IMG/VR virus record: IMGVR_UViG_2859783438_000001
Length of the DNA stretch: 15,742 nt
Reading direction: 5' to 3' (one strand)
DNA from: a virus
Taxonomy: Duplodnaviria > Heunggongvirae > Uroviricota > Caudoviricetes
The notes under the pieces: model-generated
What the model saw: only the letters and a program-made list of their open reading frames with translations
Database searches by the model: none
Told to the model about the DNA's origin: nothing
Translations under genes and position numbers: made by a program
In this document: positions 9,539 to 15,742 of the stretch, piece by piece
Layout of the letters: each line of letters begins with the position of its first letter
Position numbering within the stretch: position 1 is the first letter of the stretch

Positions 9539-9562
9539 AAAAAAACCGCCAATTTCTGGCGG
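9539..9562 (-). terminator. Rho-independent terminator downstream of the lipoprotein cargo gene
   Basis: On the minus strand: stem CCGCCAG, loop AAATT, stem TGGCGG followed by T7 (plus 9546-9562, A7 at 9539-9545). It lies 9 nt after the cargo gene stop and immediately before the RBS of the N-like gene. Confidence 0.6.
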
Positions 9563-9943
9563 CTTATATATTAATCATCATTAATATCTTTCATATTCAA
9601 TTTGCAATTTTCGTAGGTCACTCCCGACTCGCCATTAACATTAACTCCAGCTCTGATATTCCCGTTTTCTTTTACATCTACAAAAAACTGGCCTCTTGGC
9701 ATCTTGAACGCAAATGTAAAACCAACAGTATCTGAATCAAAATCATCATCTTTATATATTGGGATCAAAAATGTCATCGTCGCTGGTGATGCATTGTTTG
9801 CAAAATCAAATACACCTATACTTTTGCCGAATTCATAAGAAGCTTTTCTCAATATAATCGCACCGCTGGCAGAAGGGGATGGGCACGATATCCTCAGTTG
9901 TCTGAATCCATCTGTATCCAAGTCAACGTCATTATCTGCAGAT

Positions 9944-9952
9944 GTTTTAACG
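9944..9952. repeat. Target-site duplication (GTTTTAACG) of IS1 copy 2
   Basis: Identical 9-mer at 9944-9952 and 10417-10425, directly abutting the element ends. Confidence 0.9.
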
Positions 9953-10416
9953 GGTAATGACTCCAACTTATTGATAGTGTTTTATGTTCAGATAATGCCC
10001 GATGACTTTGTCATGCAGCTCCACCGATTTTGAGAACGACAGCGACTTCCGTCCCAGCCGTGCCAGGTGCTGCCTCAGATTCAGGTTATGCCGCTCAATT
10101 CGCTGCGTATATCGCTTGCTGATTACGTGCAGCTTTCCCTTCAGGCGGGATTCATACAGCGGCCAGCCATCCGTCATCCATATCACCACGTCAAAGGGTG
10201 ACAGCCGTACCGGGTTGAGAAGCGGTGTAAGTGAACTGCAGTTGCCATGTTTTACGGCAGTGAGAGCAGAGATAGCGCTGATGTCCGGCAGTGCTTTTGC
10301 CGTTACGCACCACCCCGTCAGTAGCTGAACAGGAGGGACAGCTGATAGAAACAGAAGCCACTGGAGCACCTCAAAAACACCATCATACACTAAATCAGTA
10401 AGTTGGCAGCATCACC
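9953..10416 (-). mobile_element. IS1 derivative with internal deletion (464 bp), inverted relative to copy 1
   Basis: Ends GGTAATGACTCCAACTTATTGAT (9953...) and ...AGTAAGTTGGCAGCATCACC (10416). Same deletion junction as copy 1 but keeps 15 extra bp (GCTGTCACCCTTTGA). Confidence 0.9.
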
Positions 10417-10425
10417 GTTTTAACG
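10417..10425. repeat. Target-site duplication (GTTTTAACG) of IS1 copy 2, second copy
   Basis: Identical to 9944-9952. Confidence 0.9.
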
Positions 10426-10593
10426 TTACTAATAAATCGTGAAACAATCTCCTCATTTGTTAGTATTTTCGCCTGAGCACAGCAAGAGGTTAATATTGCA
10501 ACCGTCATTAAAAATGGCTTTATCACAAAACAAACTCCATTGTTAGCATGTTACGCGATAATTTTGCCTCATCTTTCACCACAAAAAAAGAAC

Positions 10594-12543
10594 TCACCTT
10601 TTAAATGGAGAATACCCAACATCATGGGTGATTTTCATAAAGGGATCGCCTGTTTTCGGCAAATCGATAACGCGCATTCCAGGCGGCGCGTTGTCAAACG
10701 TCACCTTAAGTTCGCTGCGGGTTGCCGGTGAAGATGCAAGGCTTAACAGCTGATTCCTTTCCAGTGATACATTCGGGGTGTAGCGTTTATCGGGAGATAA
10801 ATACCCATCACCACGTGGCATCTGCCATCCGGTCATGTCATAGACAAAATCATGGAACTGTTTGCCCCACTCGTCGAACTTATCATTCAGACCAAATCCA
10901 CTGTTCAGTGCATCAGCCACAAAATTTTTAACAAGCCAGGGATGTGCTTTTTCAAACTCCTGCGCCATCATGCCCAGTTCAAGCAATCCACCAATCAGAC
11001 TGATCTTTCCGAGGCCCTTTAATTTCAGCCCTGTTTTTCCTGCCGCCGTTGTCCATTGATTCTGGGCGACTGTTGCCGCACGAATACTTGCCACCGCCTT
11101 CACACCAATATACAGGGCAGAAACCGTTGCTATTGTTTTTACTGCCTGTTCCCATCCCCCCATTGCTCTGACAACCTGATCAACCTCCTGCCAGACTTTT
11201 TTCACAACCGGACCGACCGTTTCCCAGTTATCAATTATGAGATATGCACCACCGACGAGAAGCGCAATTAATCCCTTTGCCGGCGTCATATTCATCACGC
11301 TACCCATGATTTTTGTTATGCGTGTCAATGTGCCAATCGCCACGCCCATCGTCAGTAATGCCGCACCAGTTTTCGCGATGGTTTTTACGACCTCAGGATT
11401 TTCTCTGACAAACGTGCGCACTTCTTCCAGAAAAGGCTTCATCTCTTTTATGCCTTCATTGAGTGAAGGCAGGAAGGTTTCCCCCAGCGTGGAAGAAATC
11501 GCATTGATCTGGTTCTGCAGCAGCAACAACTGATTTTCTGTCGTCGCGGCACGGGCGGCATATTCTTTCTGCATTGAGCCGCCATACTGCTGCGCATCCG
11601 CCACACGATTAAAGTTGGTTCGCAACAAATCCAGATTCGTGAGCAGCGGCGCAATGGCCCCCAGGGATTCCTTCCCGAACAGCGCTTTCAGCACAGCAGC
11701 CTGTTTTTCTTTCGGCACTTTTGCCAGAGAATCCAGTACGTGCAGCATGGCCCCGCGGGCGTCTTTCTGCATATCCGCCGCCAGTTTTTTCGGGCTAATG
11801 CGCAACGAGCGGAGCACTTTTTTCTGCGATTTGGTGGCAGAATCCCTCGCTGTCAGCGACAACATAAAATTCTTTATCCCCGTCGCAGCAATTTCTGACT
11901 CCACCCCCATTCCGGCAATGGTTGCCCCCATTGCGGCAATCTCTCCGGAGGCCACACCCGCAACACTGCCTAAAGGGCCAATACGGGTCACAACATCAGA
12001 AATCTTTTTCGCACTTGCAGGACCGGTATTACCAAGATAGTTAATCTTATCCGCAAGCCCTGCCACCTCTCCCTGTGTCAGTTTAAAGGCAGTGCGCCAC
12101 TGCGCCATCATCTGACCGGATTCTTCTGCCGTGGTGTCAAAGGCCACGCCCATCTTCACGGCATCGTCAGTAAACTGCATCAGCTCGTCACGGGCGATAC
12201 CAGCCTGACCACCCGCCGCCACAATTTCGGCGATACCTTCCGCCGACATGGGCAGTTCTGTTGACAGGTCGCGCACCTGCTCCGTCATTGCCTTAAACGC
12301 TTCCGGCGTATCCAGACCATCCACCACTTTCCGGACATCCGCCATTTTTGATTCAAGGGCAATGGCAGATTTGACCGGGAGCGCCAGCGCCCCCAGTACT
12401 GCGGTTCCGGCACCCGCTGCGCCCAGTAACAGGCTGGCAAACTCCTTTTTAAAACCTTTCAGCTGGCGCTGCATTCCCTTCAGCGGTGCCGATACCTTAT
12501 CCACGGCAGTGATGATCGCCTTCAGCTGAAAACTGTCAGCCAT
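10594..12543 (-). CDS. Phage tail tape measure protein
   Basis: 649-aa ORF with ATG at 12543 preceded by GAGGAG. Ala/Gly-rich with hydrophobic segments, and placed after the tail chaperone gene. Confidence 0.88.
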   Translation of the reverse strand: MADSFQLKAIITAVDKVSAPLKGMQRQLKGFKKEFASLLLGAAGAGTAVLGALALPVKSAIALESKMADVRKVVDGLDTPEAFKAMTEQVRDLSTELPMSAEGIAEIVAAGGQAGIARDELMQFTDDAVKMGVAFDTTAEESGQMMAQWRTAFKLTQGEVAGLADKINYLGNTGPASAKKISDVVTRIGPLGSVAGVASGEIAAMGATIAGMGVESEIAATGIKNFMLSLTARDSATKSQKKVLRSLRISPKKLAADMQKDARGAMLHVLDSLAKVPKEKQAAVLKALFGKESLGAIAPLLTNLDLLRTNFNRVADAQQYGGSMQKEYAARAATTENQLLLLQNQINAISSTLGETFLPSLNEGIKEMKPFLEEVRTFVRENPEVVKTIAKTGAALLTMGVAIGTLTRITKIMGSVMNMTPAKGLIALLVGGAYLIIDNWETVGPVVKKVWQEVDQVVRAMGGWEQAVKTIATVSALYIGVKAVASIRAATVAQNQWTTAAGKTGLKLKGLGKISLIGGLLELGMMAQEFEKAHPWLVKNFVADALNSGFGLNDKFDEWGKQFHDFVYDMTGWQMPRGDGYLSPDKRYTPNVSLERNQLLSLASSPATRSELKVTFDNAPPGMRVIDLPKTGDPFMKITHDVGYSPFKR

Positions 12544-12700
12544 GCTTCATCTCCTCGTTAATGCGGACGGCCTCGGCTTCCAGTTCTGTAAACTGCGAAA
12601 CAGCCCCCCGTCGCAGCTCCAGTGGATTCAGTTTCCAGAACCAGGCAACATTGTAGAGTCGTTTCCGGAGGTGCTTCCCGTCTCCGACTGGGTAAAAAAA
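12536..12700 (-). other. Putative programmed -1 frameshift extension of the tail assembly chaperone (G/GT-like)
   Basis: A T7 slippery run (minus strand, plus 12694-12700) sits at chaperone codons R-F-F. The -1 frame from there is open for 56 codons and ends at a TGA overlapping the tape measure start codon. Confidence 0.45.
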
Positions 12701-12963
12701 CGCAGGATCTGCATGCTGGTCTTAAAAATATCCAGTTTTGCCATCTGCGCCGCCGATGAACGCGGGATCCCCGCCAGCAACGGGATATATTTCAGTGCCA
12801 CCTGGCTGTCCAGTTTAATACTGCCTTCACCGGAAATAATGAAAGGAAAACCCAGCGCCTCGATTTCGTCATACGTGGGCTCGCGCAACTCCAGCACATG
12901 CAGCATTTCGTTATGCGCTGTCACCGGTTTTTTTAAAACTATTTCTGTAACGTTCATTGCCAT
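12628..12963 (-). CDS. Tail assembly chaperone (Mu gp41-like)
   Basis: 111-aa ORF; its ATG overlaps the tube gene stop (TAATG at 12965-12961). Located between tube and tape measure. Confidence 0.7.
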   Translation of the reverse strand: MAMNVTEIVLKKPVTAHNEMLHVLELREPTYDEIEALGFPFIISGEGSIKLDSQVALKYIPLLAGIPRSSAAQMAKLDIFKTSMQILRFFTQSETGSTSGNDSTMLPGSGN

Positions 12964-13318
12964 TACTGATACCCTCCCTCTTCGCCGTGGAATTCAAGAT
13001 CTGCCGTGCCTTCTTCGGCATTATGATTAGCCTCTCCGTGCAGCCATGCCGCCGAAAGCACATACACCATGCCGTTTGCCAGCTCAGCGGTAATCGTCAT
13101 CTGGTCTGAGGTGGTAATTTTGTCGACCGGAAAGTTTTTGGGCACTTTAAACGTGCCCTTAACGTAAGGTGACCGCCAGGTCTCCTTGTAATCCACATCC
13201 CCTGCCATGCCGACGATGTCATCCCGGACATTGGTGTTCATCGGCACTTCAATGCCACCTGTCAGCGATAACTGCTGACCATCCACTTTAAAAAAACAGG
13301 TTCCGGCGATCTTTGCAT
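12963..13318 (-). CDS. Tail tube protein (Mu gpM-like) with a frame break near its 5' end
   Basis: The long open frame (...FFKVDGQQLSLTGGIEVPMNTN...) follows the sheath gene. The only coupled start, ATG at 13318-13316 overlapping the sheath TAA, is offset by one base from that frame. A T7 run at 13290-13296 lies between them. Confidence 0.7.
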
Positions 13319-14814
13319 TATGCTGACTCCTCTGAATACTGAAGACGGAACTGGTTAACCACCGCAAAGACACGTAACTGATTAACATAATCCGGCGGGA
13401 ACAGCGTATTCAGTCGGTTCGGGTTATCTGCATCACGCTCAACTATCAGATACTGTTTAAACAGATCGTAATTTTCCACAATACCGGCACGCTCCATCTG
13501 ACGATATGTCGCCAGAAGTTCCCCTTTGATAACGGCAGGAGTGACAATCGCCTGCCCCGGACCAAAACGGGTACCATCATTTGCCAGCTTGTGACGTCCG
13601 TACTTGCTTGTGATGACCGATTTCAGTTTGCGAAGAACATATGCACTGGTATGCAGAGTTTCACTGTCCAGATAGCTGTTGTCTGCCACGCCATACGCAT
13701 TCTTTTTGTAGGTGGTTACGGAACGCTGGATCTGCAACGTGCCGCCTTCCACATAAGCCGTCGCCACGCCGTGAGATAAAAGGGTCTGCTGCTCTGTCAT
13801 GATGAATCGCTTACCTTTCGGTGCCGGAAGCATCCCCACCAGCTCCCCCGTCTGTGTCGGACGGGCAGGATCATTCCGGATAAATACCGCTTCACGGGCA
13901 AGGCGACTGGCAACCAGTTCATCGACAGGCGACTGGGTTTCTTTTTCGTAACCGGCAAGCGTGATATGTTGCTGATTATGCATATCTCCGGCACCAACCA
14001 GCTCTGACAGCGTTCCCAGTTTTGCGGTATAGACATGCCCGTATAACTGGCGCGCATAACTCCAGCGACCGCTGCTGTCATTCATTTCGGTCATCATCAT
14101 ATTGATGGAGGCGGCATCGTTGAACGGCAGACCGATAAAGTCGAATGCCTCATCGCCCATAGCAGCAACAGCGGCGGTAAGATCAGGCGCTCCGCTACCG
14201 GCAGCACCGACTTCCGTCACCACCCGAAGCCCTGCTGGCAGAATCTCACCACCACCAGAACCATAATAATTCAGACAGACCGGTAACTCATTACCATACA
14301 GCCCCTTATGACGGGCAGTCAGCGTCACCACACCTGCATCAGATGACGCCGTAAACGGCAGGGTGATAACCCCGTTTACCGCTTCCTTAATCGCGGTGGC
14401 AACCGCAGTGGCATCATCGCCATTCACCACAGGCACCTGTACACGGGAGCGCCCGACATACAGACTCAGGGTGCCGCTTTCCTCTGCTTCTCCGGCAACC
14501 GTCACCCTGACCGTCGCCGCCGCCCCTCTGGCTTCCGGTACTGCAATAACATACAGTTCACCGAAAGGATCTGTCTGACGGTAGACTTCCACCATACGCG
14601 CCAGCTGGCTCCCCGCCCCACAAATCTGGCGGGCATAATCTGCCGATGGCATCAGCACCAGGCTGTTAACCTCAATGGCTGCATCGTTGCTGGCATGCCC
14701 GATCAGTAATGCAGGCGCGCTGGTCACCGCTGTATTTGCCGCAGAATTGTTCATCTCGGCGTAGAACAACGGCACCAGCGTATTCGACGGAACAGTATTA
14801 AAACTTATCGTCAT
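13318..14814 (-). CDS. Contractile tail sheath protein (Mu gpL-like)
   Basis: 498-aa ORF with ATG at 14814, directly upstream of the tube gene. Size is typical of sheath proteins. Confidence 0.88.
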   Translation of the reverse strand: MTISFNTVPSNTLVPLFYAEMNNSAANTAVTSAPALLIGHASNDAAIEVNSLVLMPSADYARQICGAGSQLARMVEVYRQTDPFGELYVIAVPEARGAAATVRVTVAGEAEESGTLSLYVGRSRVQVPVVNGDDATAVATAIKEAVNGVITLPFTASSDAGVVTLTARHKGLYGNELPVCLNYYGSGGGEILPAGLRVVTEVGAAGSGAPDLTAAVAAMGDEAFDFIGLPFNDAASINMMMTEMNDSSGRWSYARQLYGHVYTAKLGTLSELVGAGDMHNQQHITLAGYEKETQSPVDELVASRLAREAVFIRNDPARPTQTGELVGMLPAPKGKRFIMTEQQTLLSHGVATAYVEGGTLQIQRSVTTYKKNAYGVADNSYLDSETLHTSAYVLRKLKSVITSKYGRHKLANDGTRFGPGQAIVTPAVIKGELLATYRQMERAGIVENYDLFKQYLIVERDADNPNRLNTLFPPDYVNQLRVFAVVNQFRLQYSEESA

Positions 14815-14876
14815 GATTTTTTAGCCTTATCCTTGAGGTGTACTGGCAATAGCGGACACTACCATTTGTTCTTTTT

Positions 14877-15029
14877 TTAAGCAGCCATCTGATGATATTT
14901 TTCCCTGAAGGCTGCCGGGGAGATATTCCCCAGACGAGAGTGACGACGCTGACGATTGTAGAAAATCTCAATGTATTCCCGTATTACTGAGATGGCTTCA
15001 TCCCGGTTATTAAAACGATAGTGGCTCAG
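14877..15029 (-). CDS. IS3-family transposase OrfB, C-terminal fragment (partial at gap)
   Basis: Translation ...IEIFYNRQRRHSRLGNISPAAFREKYHQMAA-stop has the typical C-terminal motif of IS3-family OrfB. Confidence 0.7.
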   Translation of the reverse strand: MSHYRFNNRDEAISVIREYIEIFYNRQRRHSRLGNISPAAFREKYHQMAA

Positions 15030-15129
15030 NNNNNNNNNNNNNNNNNNNNNNNNNNNNNNNNNNNNNNNNNNNNNNNNNNNNNNNNNNNNNNNNNNNNNNN
15101 NNNNNNNNNNNNNNNNNNNNNNNNNNNNN
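15030..15129. other. Assembly gap (100 N)
   Basis: Run of exactly 100 N characters. Sequence and true length are unknown. Confidence 0.99.
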
Positions 15130-15318
15130 CAGTTCAGCCACCGTGCGGGAACCAGGAGTACCGAGCCCTTTTCTGGCGGCGGTAACCCATTGTCCTAAAG
15201 TGCCTTCAGGAAGAGATAATCGGGAAGCGCCTTCACTGATCGAAAGTTGATTTTCAAGAACCGTTCTGACAGCTTCGGCTTTGAACTCTTTAGAGTAACG
15301 TTGGGTTTTTCTGCTCAT
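15130..15318 (-). CDS. IS3-family (IS600-like) transposase OrfA, N-terminal part (partial at gap)
   Basis: MSRKTQRYSKEFKAEAVRTVLENQLSISEGASRLSLPEGTLGQWVTAARKGLGTPGSRTVAEL, ATG at 15318. Confidence 0.8.
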
Positions 15319-15379
15319 TATTAGCTCCTTCTGATGCCATTCTATTTCAGGAAGGAGCGTCCGTTAAACTCAGGCTACC

Positions 15380-15742
15380 TCAGTCTTTCAGGACGTACCC
15401 AATAGAAAGGCCGGTTAACGAACCGGCCTTCATGTGTGCATGTGCACGTTTTGCGAGGGGATCATCATCAATAAGCAACCGTCCCCTGACGTAAAGCCCG
15501 ACATCGTCTTCCTTCATTTCGGTGTAAACACCGATGGGTTCATCCATGCGGTGCTGCCAGAGCAGCGCAGGTAACGCTTTTCTGTCACTCCACGCCCGCA
15601 GGGAAGCAGCAAATGCCCCGGACATCACCACATCATCGTGGCTGTCCTTTACACCAAAGACGGAGCCATACCCTTCAAACTCACCGGAGTCACTGACAGA
15701 TTTCAGACTCAGCGGTACATCAAGACGTTGTTTCGTCTGCAT
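15380..15742 (-). pseudogene. Prohead protease (HK97-type family) truncated at codon 120 by the IS600-like element
   Basis: ATG at the window edge (15742). The translation MQTKQRLDVPLSLKSVSDSGEFEGYGSVFGVKDSHDDVVMSGAFAASL... resembles prohead proteases but stops at a TGA that is the terminal TGA of the IS inverted repeat (15380-15382). Normal length is about 200+ aa. Confidence 0.7.

Larger units (their letters stand above)
9571..10526 (-). pseudogene. AT-rich cargo gene encoding a putative lipoprotein (about 160 aa), disrupted by IS1 insertion after codon 34
   Basis: Removing the IS1 element and one copy of its duplication joins 10526-10426 to 9943-9571 in frame. The start is GTG at 10526-10524 with GGAG 8 nt upstream. 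The N-terminus MIKPFLMTVAILTSCC has a lipobox-like LTSC. The region is markedly AT-rich compared with the flanking phage genes. Confidence 0.5.
14834..15382 (-). mobile_element. IS600-like IS3-family element, interrupted by a 100-N scaffold gap
   Basis: Terminal repeats read TGAGGTGTACTGGCAATAGCGGACACTACC (14834...) and ...GGCTACCTCA (15382, i.e. TGAGGTAGCC on the minus strand). Contains the orfA N-terminus and the orfB C-terminus. The flanking triplets CCT and GTC do not match, so there is no target-site duplication. Confidence 0.8.

Noticed and set aside
5099-10416. Composite transposon or inverted segment bounded by the two inverted IS1 copies
   Set aside because: Each copy has its own perfect 9-bp target duplication, the two duplications differ, and the 4.4 kb between them is a contiguous, collinear part of the baseplate operon. 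The J-like gene frame is continuous across copy 1. These are two independent insertions.
1642-12040. Plus-strand ORFs from the six-frame track inside the phage genes (for example 1642-2172, 4124-4687, 6176-6565, 11615-12040)
   Set aside because: They lie antisense to, and fully overlap, well-supported minus-strand genes, have no RBS, and show the Pro/Arg/Cys-rich composition typical of spurious frames in GC-rich coding DNA.
13318-13388. Tube gene starting at the track's upstream alternative start (13388), overlapping the sheath 3' end by 70 nt
   Set aside because: There is no ATG or SD in that frame, while a coupled TAATG start exists one base out of frame. A frame break near the T7 run explains this better, though the long-overlap start cannot be excluded without homologues.
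1-15742. CRISPR array or defence-system operon
   Set aside because: No regularly spaced direct repeats and no cas-like or other defence ORFs. All sizeable ORFs are accounted for by phage structural genes, IS elements or the cargo gene.

Overview
The window covers the smpB-ssrA locus on the plus strand (1-1060) and, directly downstream, the tail end of a decaying prophage whose genes all run on the minus strand (15742 down to 1259). Reading in phage gene order: a prohead protease cut off at codon 120 by an IS600-like IS3-family element that contains a 100-N scaffold gap; a Mu-like contractile-tail module (sheath, tube, tail assembly chaperone with a -1 frameshift site, tape measure); an AT-rich cargo gene encoding a putative lipoprotein, with its own RBS and terminator, split by an internally deleted IS1; DNA-circulation (N-like) and baseplate gp44/45/46-like genes; a baseplate J-like gene split by a second deleted IS1; a gp48-like gene; a tail fiber gene and a tail fiber assembly gene carrying a premature TAA; and a second, decayed fiber cassette with a lambdoid-type N-terminal domain next to ssrA. 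No integrase, head or lysis genes are present. Several independent lesions (IS insertions, nonsense codon, frame break at the tube start) indicate a cryptic remnant rather than an inducible phage or a working tailocin. IS1 and IS600 content plus the ssrA/smpB sequence suggest an Escherichia/Shigella chromosome. All family assignments are from recall of protein families and reading the translations; no database search was run.
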